A DNA stretch of 64,000 nt, taken from NCBI GenBank assembly GCA_030167865.1, contig JALAGF010003204.1:1-64000 (forward strand). The letters run 5' to 3'. Of this stretch, positions 12,357 through 24,646 are shown piece by piece. Within the stretch, counting starts at the first letter, position 1; every line of letters starts with the position of its first letter. The DNA comes from Craspedostauros australis. Taxonomy: Eukaryota. The notes below the pieces were generated by a model. The model saw nothing but the letters and a program-made list of their open reading frames with translations, had not been told where the DNA came from and made no database searches. Both the position numbers and the translations under genes were made by a program.

Positions 12357-13035
12357 TTTTGTGGTGTATTGTCGTCCCAGTGTGGTCTAGTTCCGGACTG
12401 GTTCCTGCGTTACTGTCACTCTCTCTCTCTCTCTTTCTCTGCTTATTGTGGGTGTTGTATGAGCAGTTGGTCAGAGTACTCTCTTGTGCCGTCGTATTGG
12501 TGGGGTACGACTATGAGTACCCCGATGGTTGGTTCGATGGGTGTGAAGGATCACGTCAGCTGGTGCTTCCACTCGCATTTGCGCTGCGGAGGCAGCGAAG
12601 AAGCGGAATTCATGAAATTGTCGGGTTTGGATCGCCGAAGAAGGTTCCCAGACACGACTGTGAAAAGCAACCGTCGACTAGTGTGATTTAAAGTACGTCG
12701 TCTGTCTGCTTGACCGTGGATGACGTCACGTGCGAAAAACACAAAGCAGGAGAACAAGAACAAACAACGCAGAAAAAGAGGAGGCAAAACACGATCTCAA
12801 CCTCAACAACGTTTGTCGCGAATCGACGAACAAACAGATGCCTTGCGATGATGTCGTGTGCCTCTGCGACATGGTTCTCGAACAAGATCCTGTCATCAAC
12901 CACAGAAACAACAAACATTGACGATCACACCTCTTCACCATACCTCCATAACCTCGAATAGCTCGTACACATACATTCTGCAAGGTTATACTGCAGGTCC
13001 AACGACAAGTAATCACACACAGAAATACCGAAGCC

Positions 13036-13419
13036 ATGATCGCCAGAGTTATTTGCCTGATCCCGCTGATTGCGGGCGCTGCGGCCTTCGCTCCGATGCA
13101 GCAGAACGGACGACCAAGCACCGCCGTCTTCCAGGGAGATGGTACAGGTGGATGGGGAATCGGTTCCTCCAGGGAGCTCACCCCGGAGGAGTACGGAAAG
13201 GGAGAGAGATCGTACTTCGAAGGGTTCAAGCCCATGGCGAAGGGAGACTTCATGGATCAGCTGCGGGATGACACCACCTCCATGGAGGACAACGAGCTTG
13301 AAGAGCTGCTCGGAGTCGCCCGTGTTGCCGGAATCAAATTGAGAAAGAAGGTCAAGAAGCAGCAGAGGACCGAATTCGACCTGGCTGACGATGATTTGGA
13401 TCTCAGCGTCGCCGATTAG
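13036..13419 (+). CDS. Small plastid-targeted protein of unknown function
   Basis: Signal peptide ending AGAAA-FAP (ASAFAP-type motif), then a short transit peptide and an acidic mature part. Confidence 0.75.
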   Translation: MIARVICLIPLIAGAAAFAPMQQNGRPSTAVFQGDGTGGWGIGSSRELTPEEYGKGERSYFEGFKPMAKGDFMDQLRDDTTSMEDNELEELLGVARVAGIKLRKKVKKQQRTEFDLADDDLDLSVAD

Positions 13420-14143
13420 GCGCCCATGAGTTGCAGCAGGCATGAGAGCGCGAACGACCATGGGCTCGCATCTCATTGTGTAATCGACTGGCTGCTCCCC
13501 CTATTCCTCTCAAGCAGCTGAGCATCATGGACAAAAGACGTTTGGGTCCATCATGCCTATATTATAATCGTAATACGGATACCTGTCGCACACCAAGAAA
13601 TTTGACAAGTGCTCCACTTCATGGAGTATTGATACTCCAACACTAATATTACGAGTGCGTCAACACAATGCAAAGCAATCCAATACAAAACAAAACGACA
13701 CAAGGAACGATCAACCCAAGCCGAAATGAATGAGATCACACCGCCGAACTGAGTCTGCTTCTTCGACGGCAGTCAATACGCACAATTCAATAGGAGTGCT
13801 ACGGTATCCAAGGAATGAGAATGGGTCAACATGAAGATTCAACTCATCCACGTGGACTGTGTTGGGCAACTGGCACTACATCTTCTGCTCCATAATATCT
13901 TTCTCAAATGCATTCATCCAGGCATTTCAATCATACATACGAATACGTACCATACTAGTACAATAACCACAACGAAAACAAAGCGGAGTAGCAGACTGCT
14001 CAGTTCTACTGCAATCCATTTCCAGGCCAGAAGTTGGTATCTTGCCTTCCTCCGTCCTTCTGGAACATGAAATGGGGTTGAGTTGGACGAGTACGCGATG
14101 TTAGAGCCTTTTGCAGCCCTGCGGAACTGTACGTGTATGTTGC

Positions 14144-15505
14144 TCACAGCCCACCCAACTGTGCCAGCGCCTTCTTCACTCCCAGGCGATAGTTGATGGC
14201 TTCTTGCATGTCCTGCTTGAGATCTTCACTTGCGCTGGTTTCGTCTTGCTCGATGCTCGTCGAACGCAGCAACTCCAACGTCTCCTGCCGAACGGACTCG
14301 GCCATCAAGCGTCCTTGGCCAGCACCTTCCAGTATCCGCCGCTTTCCCATCAGCTGTTGCGCGACCATGGTGAACGCCCTCGCCTTGTCCGATCCGTCGA
14401 GGAATCCGTAGTCCTGGATGAAACGGTCATTGCCCGCGTTTCCGCCACCGTAGCAGATGTTGATCTGTTCCCCCGCTTTCACGTTGGACCCTGCGATGAT
14501 CTTCAAGCGACCGCCGGCTGCCGCGCGGCCCGACAGGATGTGAGTGCTCGTGCGATCGTGGTTGCACATGTCCAGGAATGGAATCAGCAAGCGGTAGGAT
14601 TTCCCTTCGTCTTCTGCTCCCTCGACGGTCAGGACGCGGCTCGTGATGATCCAGACTGCCCAGCGCAGGTGCTCTTCCGTCAACGAGCTGCCATCAATCC
14701 AAGCAGGCAAGTCTTCTTCGATGTCGAATCGGGATTTGGTTCGCTGTCGTCTCGCCAAGGTCTCCTCCACGATCAGCGGACTTTGCAATGCTTCGAGAGC
14801 CTCGTTTCTGAAAAAGTCGGTGCTGCCCAAGCAGTCGGCGCTCAGGAACGGCGGCAGCATGCGGTAGTACGTTTCTCTCTGCAACCTCGCTGCGCCAACA
14901 TTGCTGCTCGTCGCAGTATCGGAGGAGAGCACCTCGCAGTAGTCTCTCAAGAAGCTCATGGCGGGCATCGTGGGATCCGCACCTTCCTGACCCAAATTCA
15001 CCGCCAGCTCGTACGGAATGTCAATGATGGCCTCGCCCTTCCTGATGTCGCGCATGGCCACCACGCCACGCAGCTTGAAGCCATCCGTGATGGGGAAGTA
15101 TCCCAGACCGCAGCGGACGAGGTTGTCACCGGCTGTGCCCTTCTCCAGGTAATCGTAGAATGCCAAGGCATCCTTCGAACGGTCCGTCTCGATGGTGATG
15201 CCATCAGCAGACGATGGCGCGCCGCCAAATCCTTTCATGCCGCCGCCGGGTCCTGCTGATTTCTTCTTGGTCTTCGTCTTCACGCGCTTGGCCATTGCCA
15301 GCGACGTTGTTGTGCTGGTGGTAGGCTTTTCGTGGATCCTAAACGTATTGTGTTGCTGTTGCCAATGCACCAACGTCCTCGTGCTGATCAAGAAGGCATC
15401 CGCATACAGTGTGACCTGTGATGGCACCACTAGCAACATTGAGAGCAGACAAGCTGCAAGTTTGATGCGACCATGACTCGAATGCGCCGACATCATCATT
15501 ATCAT
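14144..15505 (-). CDS. Plastid-targeted SET-domain lysine methyltransferase (Rubisco LSMT/SETD-like)
   Basis: Bipartite signal (LAACLLSMLLVV...YADA-FL); LRGVVAMRDI, WAVWIITSR, LLIPFLDMCNHD, GEQINICYG, FIQDYGFL. The start codon is uncertain among nearby Mets. Confidence 0.85.
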   Translation of the reverse strand: MIMMMSAHSSHGRIKLAACLLSMLLVVPSQVTLYADAFLISTRTLVHWQQQHNTFRIHEKPTTSTTTSLAMAKRVKTKTKKKSAGPGGGMKGFGGAPSSADGITIETDRSKDALAFYDYLEKGTAGDNLVRCGLGYFPITDGFKLRGVVAMRDIRKGEAIIDIPYELAVNLGQEGADPTMPAMSFLRDYCEVLSSDTATSSNVGAARLQRETYYRMLPPFLSADCLGSTDFFRNEALEALQSPLIVEETLARRQRTKSRFDIEEDLPAWIDGSSLTEEHLRWAVWIITSRVLTVEGAEDEGKSYRLLIPFLDMCNHDRTSTHILSGRAAAGGRLKIIAGSNVKAGEQINICYGGGNAGNDRFIQDYGFLDGSDKARAFTMVAQQLMGKRRILEGAGQGRLMAESVRQETLELLRSTSIEQDETSASEDLKQDMQEAINYRLGVKKALAQLGGL

Positions 15506-16278
15506 CAAGGTCTCGTCGTTGTCGTGCGTATCGTAGCTAGCGTAGTGTGCCTCTTGTTGGTCCAAAAGTCTCAGAAATGGCCACGTCAATAGAGGTGGTT
15601 GAACCTCCTTCCCCTCAATTGTGGGAGAGTGTTTGACCCTTGATTGGCATCTGTGTGCTGTTGATGAATGTGCGGTGTGTGGCACGAGTGCGAGTACGAG
15701 CAGTCAGATTGATGTCGTTTGCGGAAGATCGGATGGAGGACATCAAAGGCGAACGACCACAGATTTGATGTGTTGATTGACGTTGATCGGATTGGTCGGT
15801 TATCACTCCCCGTCTACGCAAGATGATAGACTTCAATCATTTGAAGCGGAAAGAAAGTGCAACTAGCGCGTACAAGAGAGCCAGGAGGCAGGGGCACATC
15901 TCGCCGCGGCATCAGGAGACTATCAGTACATTACTATTTTGGTTAAACGTAAAATGGCATCGCGGCTGATGGCTTTGTCTTCACCTCTACATGTAGGAGC
16001 ATGGTGAAGCGGGCTCTGCACAGGTATTGACTTGCTCTACTCATACACGCCTCTATGAAAGATTGAGAGCAAGACTGAACGATCTCACTTCGCGCTGTCG
16101 CTTGTTTCCCCGGAAGCAACATTCGTGGAGTGCTTGTCTGGTCAACTGGTGTTCATGTCGTGCAGTTTCTCTCGCTTCAATAGACGTCCACATGAGTGCT
16201 AGTATTCGCACCCGACCTGAAAGCAGCAGCGCATGCTCGCATTCCGTGGGAGAATACGTCGCGAACAGAGTGCCCTCA

Positions 16279-19200
16279 CTAGCAGAAGTTTCGGATGCGA
16301 ATGGTTGGGGTGCTTGCAAATCGCACATACGGCCGTTCGCTGTTTCGGAACAGATGGAGTTTGATGTTGCGGTTGGTGCCGTAGTTGCCGTTCCATTGCA
16401 GAGTGTCAGACTGCCTCTCGCCTCGGCATGTCTGAGTTCCGCAGCTCCACACCCAGGTGGTGTAATCGTCCAGGAAATTCCCATCTGTAACTCCGGCATC
16501 GTACATGCCAACCCAGTCGAATTCCAGCGGGTTGCAGATGTAGAAGTCGATGATGATCCTCTCTCCAGGCCTGTAGCACGACTTGTCCGTCGTGATGATA
16601 TTGAGACAGGGTGTGGGAGGGGATGTTGGATCACTGGTCGGCCTGCTTGTGGGGCGGGAGGTGGGGATGGCCGTTGGATTGCTTGTTGGCTTTGCAGTCG
16701 GGTGGCTTGTTGGCGGCGATGATGCCAGTGCCGTTGGTTCCAACGTGTCAGTGTCTGCCGTGGGTGGTGGTGTCACGGGCTGGTCGGTCGGCTGCGATGT
16801 TGGTGACGCAGTCGGGTTGGACGTTGGTTCCAGTGTTGGCGGAGCAGGGGAGCATTCCGTGCAGCATTGGCATTCCACAAGATGGCAGTCCGCCTTCAAC
16901 GTGTCAAGACTGCGTGTCATCGTCAGCGCGCACACAGACGGTGGCATGACGCCGGCAATATCATTTCCATCCAGCTGAAAAGACTCCAAGTTGCGCAAGT
17001 TGCCGTACTCTTCCGGCACGAAGCCTCTCAGAGAGTTGGTATGGACGTCGAAAGTTTCTGTAGAGTGGTAAGCAGGAGTGGACGAATGAGTGAGGATGCA
17101 TGTTGTGTTTGCACGCATGCAAATAATGTCGTCAAGAAGAACATGATAAACCACAAACGAAAGGGTAAATGCGTTGGCCGTGCAGGAATCGTTTCTCAAC
17201 AGTGCTTGTGCTCGTGCTCGTGCTCGTACTTGTACACTGAGTGAGCACACATGGAATTCGGTAAGTCATAAGACAACATCCAACATGATTGCGACAAGCC
17301 ATGCACGTACCGAGCATCGTCAAGTTGCCGTATTGAGGTGGAAGGCGTCCGCTGAAGCTATTCACGCTCATGTCCAACGTTTCTGAATTCGAGAGATGAT
17401 TGGGAATATAGACCGCATTTCCGGCAGAAGCAAAATGTGGCGTGTGAGAAGGGGTGTGTGCTTTTGTTGGCAAGTGATTTGGACTTGGCAAGGCAGGGTT
17501 CTGTGCTGCAAATGGTGGTAAATGTGGAGAACAAGGCTTGACACGTTTTGCTGTTGTGTGACTTACGCAGGGCAACGAGGTTTCCAAGTTCGGATGGGAA
17601 GGTCTGTCTGAGCTTGTTGCTGCCAAGGTTGAGGTATGTAAGTTCAACCAAGTTTCCAAATTCCGTCGGAATGGAGCTGCTGAATCGGTTGCCACCGAGG
17701 TCCAAGATACCTGTTGTGCATACGATGAATTGGTCGGAATGGTGAAGGTTGGGAGGAGCGAAAATGCAAGAATGATCGTCAGTCAAGATCGAAACAGCCA
17801 GAGTGGCTTCGAACTACGAGTATACTCATAACGAGAGACGCCACCACCTCCCACAAACAAAATCAGTTTTTCTCCACATTGCCAAGCCATACAAAAGATA
17901 CTTACGGAGCTTTGTCAGAAGGCCGAACTCAGCCGGAATGGTTCCACGGATCTGATTGTTGGACAGGCTCAGAGTTTCTGCATCCATGTGAGTTTGTATG
18001 CGGATACGCGTGCATCACAAGTTAGAGCGAAGCAGAGAGAGAGAGAGAAGGAAGATGGTGAGCACATGAGATGAGAAATGCAGAATTTTTGCGCAAATCA
18101 TAGCGCCATGACAAGAAAGCACGACGATACAGAAATGACATACCAAGCGTATCGGCCAAGAGGGCCAATTCTGGAACAAGGTTGCCTTGCAGATCGAGGC
18201 TCTCCAAGTAGATGCGCGAGACTTGACCAGATTCATTGCAGAGACCATCCGGGTGAGACGTGACCCAGTCACACTCATCGGTGTATGTCATCCACGTGAG
18301 GGTGTTGACCTCTAGCTTGCGGCCGCGCACTCCAGATGGCTGGATTTTTGGATTGACGAAATCTGGGCTGAGTTCCTGCACGATGCTGCTCGCGAAGCAA
18401 GCCAGAGCGAAACGCTGCAAGATGCGTTCGTCTGTGTAGGAGGAGTAGGCCGCGTCGGATGCGACCCAAACGAAGGCGTTGAATTGCGGCGAGAGCTTAT
18501 CCTCCAGGAATGGCACCGTCTGTGGCGAAACAGATTTGATGAGGTTCATGAAGGATTCCGCGTTGACCGTGAAGGATTGGTTGGTGGGAGCGCTGGTTTG
18601 CGGCGCACGGGATGGGGATGCAGAAGGATTGGCGGTGGGACCCTTCGTGGGCGCAAGGGACGGGGTGGCTGTGGCAGGAATTTCGTTCGCCATTGGCGCA
18701 GCGGTCTCCTCAAAATCCGTTGGTGCCAATGAGAAATCAGGATCAGCCTTATCGCGGGGGGTGTTGACACTACCTGCGGTGGAGGTTTCGTCTTTGCGTA
18801 ATTGGACCAGAGTGATTGCGAGCGCTCCGATGGCCGCGAGAAGGACGACGCCGAGACAGAAGGAGACGATGTAAATGCGACGCGAACGGGCCTGCATGTT
18901 CTTGAACGACTTCTCCACGAGGGAATCGTCTGAGTGATCGTCAACGAAGCCAGCGAATTGCGACCCTTCATCGCCAGCGGGGACGCGGATGAAGCCTGGC
19001 AGAATGCGCGAGTCTCCGGAAGTGTTGAGACCGGTGTTGGCGTTGCTCTTGGCGTTGCTCTTGGCGCCAGCAGGAGAGGAGTTGGCGGAGGGTGGTTTGG
19101 AGCGCTGCGGACTGGTCCTGGGTCGCTGGCCTTTGTTGTACTCCTTGAAGTTTCGCTGGCGAGGCGTGGATCCCGTGGCCTTGCGTCCCTTCTTGACGAT

Positions 19201-19809
19201 GTCCATGATGCTGCCGTTGACGGTGTCGTTGGCGATGGTGCTGAGATCGTCAGGCTCCGACCCCGCGATGGCCAGCTGCTGCGGCGGCATGGCATCGTCC
19301 GTGTCGACCGACAAGTTGCGTGCGCGTGCTGGGGAAGCCTGCTGCTGGAAGCCGAGGCCTGGATTGAAGTGGCTGCCCTGAGCGTCCTGCGCGTCCTGCT
19401 GGCTGTACTCTCCCTGCTGCTGGTACTGCTGCTGGTGGCGCTCGTAGCTGCGGTTGCTGTCGACGAGGGGCGTCTTGTAGTACTGGTAGTCGAGATAGGA
19501 GTCGTCCTTGGAGCGGTTGTCGAAGTCGTCGTCGTCGGGATCGAAGAGCGCGTCGTCCTGCGACATCATGTCGGCCAGCGTCTCCGTGCCGATGATGCTG
19601 TCGTCCATGCTCTTGCCCATGGCCAGCCGCGAGCGGCCCTGCAGGTCCAGCATCTGCTTGAAGTAGGCCATGTCCGGGTTGTCGCTGAAGATGGCATCGA
19701 AGTCCTGCAGCTGCGTGTTGCGCTCCTGCGACTGTTCGTACGATCGCCGGTTGTCGATCATCCTCTGTTGGAAGGAATCATCGACGCTGTCTGCTCCTGC
19801 TTCGCTCAT
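16279..19809 (-). CDS. Type II single-pass LRR receptor-like protein A with P/T/S stalks and C-terminal SKICH-like domain; exons 19809-18144, 17977-17906, 17710-17567, 17382-17311, 17057-16279
   Basis: Disordered N-tail; TM IYIVSFCLGVVLLAAIGALAITLV; LRRNT-like region (SPQFNAFVWV...QRFALA...DECDW); LxLxxNxLxGxIPxE repeats joined in frame across GT-AG introns; DCHLVECQCCTEC cap. Confidence 0.85.
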
Positions 19810-21401
19810 CTTTGCTTGCTCTATATTTGGATTTGTATTTGTATTTGTGTTGTTGTGGTGAATGGTCTTGCTGCTGCGAATGGTATCGTTGTCGCTGGGA
19901 CTCTGGTGAGCACTGCGGTGGGAGGCGATGCAAACTTTGGGACCAAGTTGGTACGATTGATTGTTGCCGCGTGGAATCAACAACTCCTGCTGATGATGAT
20001 GATGATGATGATGATGCTGATGATGGTGCTTGTGATGGGAGACCTTCGTCGGTTTCACTTCGGAAGCAAGAATGTGCGCAAAGCCCGTTCTTCCGTTTGC
20101 GGATCTTGGTGGGTGCTGTGCTTGGCAGCCTGGCTGGTGATGACAATGATGGCAATGATGACAATGACGATGCGGGAAAGTGCTGCTCAGATGATCGCTG
20201 TCCACGTTGTTGTGAGAGTTTCGCAACCTTGGTGTTGCTAACAGTGTGAGAGGGACGCGACAGATGCGTTTTGGTTCGAGGACGAGCACGATCTATGTTG
20301 CCACACAAGAATGTGGATTGATAGGGCCGTTGTTGCGTTGTGTTTTCCTTTCTTGCTACCTCTCTTGTGCGGAGTATGGTGTGGTGCTGTGTCACGCAGA
20401 GGATCTGTGTTTTTCTGTTTGCCTGTCGTGTTGCGTTGCGAAAGTATCCGAGAAAGCTGTGTGTTTGCGCATTGCACTCAACCACGGTTGTCTTCCGTTT
20501 TGTGGTTGGATGATTCTGTCTTGTCACGCACCCTCATTTTCTTTTGGCCGGGACATAGGGCGATTTAACGTCATTCGTTACTCCATCGGCATTGAAAGCC
20601 GTTCAAACATGTGGGAAATGCCGATCCGAGCAAGCCTCCTCGACAACTTTATCGTGCCAACGCTATCAACCATCGTCGGGCGCAGTTCCGTTACGCCTCG
20701 TTTTTGTTGATTGTCATTGCAGATTCATCAACATCGTCTCCGTCTCCGTCTCCATTCTCGTCCATGGATAGTCGCCATCACCATTCGCATGGATGGAATG
20801 CACTCCATCATGCCCTTCTTCTGGGCGGAGTACTATGCCGTCGCATTTTGTAAACTGGTGAACACTGCGCGCAATGTACATGACGAAAACTCAAAAGAAG
20901 TCCGATCGGAGTTGAACCACATCCGCGACAACCTCCGCATTGCATGTGAATGACATTTTGGCGCCAAGCTCATGGCGGCGGCTTATGTTCTCTCACAATT
21001 CAAGCAATCGTGCGTGCCATTGGGCGCCGCCTGGGCGACTTGTCGTTTCTTTCATTTTTCTTGAGTGCCCTTCGTGTATTGTCAACACAGTGGAGTTTCA
21101 AGAACACCAATACTACTACTATTGTGTGGCATTGTGATGCCGTGTGTGATTCTGTTTGGGCGCCCGTCATTCTTCCTCTCATCCATTGATGGGCCTGTGT
21201 CCGCGCAGATGGCGATGCTGTTGTCCTCCGGAACAATCTCTCTGTTGTCCCTCTGCAAACAATCCTCCACAACATGCTACGGACAAGCCACATCGACCGA
21301 AACAAATCAAACCAGACCGAAAAAGCTTAAAGTTGAATGTGTAATACTTGTTATTTCCGAATACCATTTGTTGTCACGGACCCTGTGCAATGAGCTGCTG
21401 T

Positions 21402-23843
21402 TTATTGCTGCTGGTCAAGGCATGCCTGATACTCCTCGTCCGTCGTCGCGACCTGGAACAAGGCGCTGTTGGAGAAGCCGACGTATCTCTGACCAGGTCC
21501 ATCGCGGACCAAGTAGGCACGGTACTCGCCGGCTGATAGCGGCGTGGCGAAGGATATGACGTCCCAGTGCTCCTCGTTTTCATCGGAGCCGCTGGCCCAA
21601 AGGAACTGGTCCTGGACATGGTTCTGCAGGTCGCCGGGGTCCGCGCCGTTGGGGAAGATGGCAAGCCAGTGGTCGGGCTGCGGTTGGCAGTTGCGGAATC
21701 CCACAACCACCTCTTCCGCGCCAGGTGGGTAACAGAGCTCGTTGGTCTCGATCTTGTTGGAGCAACCGACGACGCCAGGGTCGGAGCCGCCGCTGTCGAC
21801 CTGAATCCAGAATCCGAGGTCCGGGTCAACCTGGTACGGAGATCCTGTGAAGACCTCGAGCAGGGTTCCCTCCAAGGCATCTGGTCCTTGGCACTGCTCG
21901 TTGACGATGTCCGGCTCCACTGTTGCGATGTTGGAACAGTCGGCGCTCAGGCTCCTAGTTTCCGGACAGAGGCTGCACCCGTCGCATGCGTCGCCATCGA
22001 CCGTGAGCGTGCACGTGCCATCGTCGGCATCATTGTCAGAGAGACAGATGACGGCGCCGCGCTGATGGAAGACGGAATACTCGAAGCAGCCGTTGGTGTA
22101 GAAGGCGGGGCCTTGGGTTGGCGATCCCGTTGGCATGTTCTCCGTGTTGACAGTGGGACCTGCGGTTGGTGCCGCGGTCTCCTTGCGTGTTGGTCCAGCG
22201 GTTGGCGCACTCGTGGGCGATGACGAGCCTGTGATGGTTGGTGTAGCAGTTGGCGTCGTCGTTGGTGTCGTCGTTGGTGTAGCAGTCGGTGTAGCAGTTG
22301 GTGTCGCCGTTGGTGCTGCAGTTGGCGCGCCTGTGGGGCTCGCTGTGACTCCTACATTGCTGGCAAGAGCCGGAGAGACGAAGGTCTCTTCGAAGACCGC
22401 TTCGGTTGCCGAGCACTCCTCGTTGATAACGTCGGGAGCATTGGCGCCTGGGATGTTTGCGCAGTTGATTTGGATTGCACCTGTATTCATGTCGCAGACT
22501 GTACAGCTGGTGCAGTTGGAGTTGTTGACCGTGACGGTGCATTTGTTGTCGGCTTCATCCGTAACGCAGACGGAGGACCCGTCGTTGTCGAAGCAACCTG
22601 GTTCGAGCATGCCGGCAGCAAACGGTGCTTCCTTGGAGGAACCGTCGTCACCGTCGACGCCCCTGTCCACTTGGGCATCGTCCCCGAGCTTGGACTGCTC
22701 GCTCTTGGTGTCATCCTTGGATCGGTTGACGGCGAGGACGATGATACCGGCCACCAGACCGCAGAGGAGGCAGCAGAGCAGACAGAACATGGTGAGGTAC
22801 CGTCGGCGGCGCTCCCTGTGCTTCTCGATCAGCGTGATCGTGGTGGGCGTGCCGTCCTTGGTCTCGAGGTGGAACTTGCCATTGACGGAGGTCTGCGTCT
22901 CCACCTCATCGAAGTGCTCCACGAGGGCGATGGCGCTTGCGTGGCTGGTGCGGGACTTGGAGCCGAAGCTCCTGGTGCGAGCGAGGGGACTGTCCACGCC
23001 GAGATCCGATTCCGATTCGCAGTCGGAGGGCATGTCGTCGTTTGGCTGAGAGGCCCTGTTGCGTCCGAACCAGCTGCGGCGGCTCTTGGCGCTGGCGCCG
23101 CTCCTGCTGCTGACGTTGCTTTGGGTACGCACCCCCAGCCAGTTGGTGAAGCTCTTGAAGGAGGCTCCGCTGTAGTGGCTGCCAGCGGCCGTGCTCTCAT
23201 CGTCCAGGACGATCTCGACCTCATCCATGTCCCCCGACTCTTCATCGATGGGTGGTTCCGGGGCAAAGCCGTTCTGTTCCCTGCGCATGTTGGTGTTGAT
23301 GTCCATTCCTCCAAGCGGTGCGAGGCCGGCGCTTCTGCTGTTGGCTCTGGCATTCGCCAGCATGGCTCTGTCCTCGCGGGTGGCCACCGTGCCGTCATCC
23401 CCAACAGCGTTGTTGCTGTTGCGATTGCTGGTTCCGAAGCCAAGTCCGCAGCAATCCATGCACTTGGGGTTCACGAGATCCTCAGGAGTCTCCGTCTTGG
23501 TGAAGGCCACTGGTTCGTGGAGGCCTGGGACGTTGGCTGCCTGATTGTGTGCACCTGTCGCTTGGTTGGCCATCTGGCTGCCTGTGTGGCTGTCGGTTGC
23601 TGTGTTGCTGAGAGTGTGGCTTCCAGATTGGCTGGCGGAGGGGTGAGACAGAGTGGGGTTGGAGGTGATGGTTCCGTTGCCTTGGTTCATGAGGCTGGCG
23701 TCGCTTCCTTGGTCGGTGCTCTCATCTCCCTCGAGGGTGTCATCGAACGGGCTGGCGGTGGAAGACCCACTGCCTTCGCCGTCCATGTTGGTGTGGCCGT
23801 GGCCGTAGCCGTGGCCGTAGTGATAGTCTTCGTTTCGTCTCAT
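21402..23843 (-). CDS. Type II single-pass surface protein B with two Cys-rich repeats, PT stalk and SKICH-like C-terminal domain
   Basis: 813-aa ORF; RERRRRY precedes TM LTMFCLLCCLLCGLVAGIIVLAV; two copies of C-T-x-T-V-x3-C-x2-C-x2-C...C-x-N-I; (PTAT/PTTT)n; PDHWLAIFP...GEYRAYLVR. Confidence 0.85.
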   Translation of the reverse strand: MRRNEDYHYGHGYGHGHTNMDGEGSGSSTASPFDDTLEGDESTDQGSDASLMNQGNGTITSNPTLSHPSASQSGSHTLSNTATDSHTGSQMANQATGAHNQAANVPGLHEPVAFTKTETPEDLVNPKCMDCCGLGFGTSNRNSNNAVGDDGTVATREDRAMLANARANSRSAGLAPLGGMDINTNMRREQNGFAPEPPIDEESGDMDEVEIVLDDESTAAGSHYSGASFKSFTNWLGVRTQSNVSSRSGASAKSRRSWFGRNRASQPNDDMPSDCESESDLGVDSPLARTRSFGSKSRTSHASAIALVEHFDEVETQTSVNGKFHLETKDGTPTTITLIEKHRERRRRYLTMFCLLCCLLCGLVAGIIVLAVNRSKDDTKSEQSKLGDDAQVDRGVDGDDGSSKEAPFAAGMLEPGCFDNDGSSVCVTDEADNKCTVTVNNSNCTSCTVCDMNTGAIQINCANIPGANAPDVINEECSATEAVFEETFVSPALASNVGVTASPTGAPTAAPTATPTATPTATPTTTPTTTPTATPTITGSSSPTSAPTAGPTRKETAAPTAGPTVNTENMPTGSPTQGPAFYTNGCFEYSVFHQRGAVICLSDNDADDGTCTLTVDGDACDGCSLCPETRSLSADCSNIATVEPDIVNEQCQGPDALEGTLLEVFTGSPYQVDPDLGFWIQVDSGGSDPGVVGCSNKIETNELCYPPGAEEVVVGFRNCQPQPDHWLAIFPNGADPGDLQNHVQDQFLWASGSDENEEHWDVISFATPLSAGEYRAYLVRDGPGQRYVGFSNSALFQVATTDEEYQACLDQQQ

Positions 23844-24646
23844 CTTGGAGGTCTCAGTGATGCTTTATTGGTGAAGCTGTTGGTGCTCTCAATGTTATTA
23901 TATGTCGAGGTAATCGATCTTGCTTCCTGTTTTGTCTGTTCACAGAGTACTATAATAGTATGGTGTGCACAACTGCGAGGATGCTCTTGCGTTTCAGATT
24001 GGGATGTTTCCGAATTGTGTTGTTCAGACTGAGTGCAAAGGAACTCGGCTCAGCCGAAGCCAGCGCAAGTCAATGGAGCTCAGCGTCAATGCAAGGCAAT
24101 TCGATGCAAAGGAAGTGCATTTCATCGTGGAGCGCAGTACTCAACGAGTGCTATCAGATCAACTCTTCGTCATGTGATGTTTCGGGTGCGACGGCAAAGC
24201 CACCCCCGCCCATTGTCGATGGTTCAAACAGATGCTTTGCACCATTGTGGTGACAAATCCCGCGCATTCACATGTCCGAGTGTCGCCCTGTTCGAAATTT
24301 GAGTTTTGGCGCCTCAGGTTCATGGACGTTACGGATAACGCCCGCACATGATGCAACGTGCACACGCAACGTGCAGCATGCCGAGGCCACCAACCCAACA
24401 GAAGGCGCAACGATTTCGTGAGAACGTCATCAAGTCGCCGCTCTCGTCACGACATTCTCACAATCCTTCTTTGCCGTCATGAGGACGAAGAACACAAACA
24501 ACATTGCCAGAACCCTTCCTTTTGCTCGAAATGAGGCGATGCTCTTATCATTATCATAACGATTATTATGATTCTTTTTATGCAAGAGAGTGTGGTTCCA
24601 TTGGACCATGCTTACATGCAATATAATACGCGCCACCCACTCTGCT

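Noticed and set aside
10266-15505. Two lysine methyltransferases as one pathway, for example silaffin modification
   Set aside because: Different folds and different predicted compartments; no sequence evidence of a shared substrate
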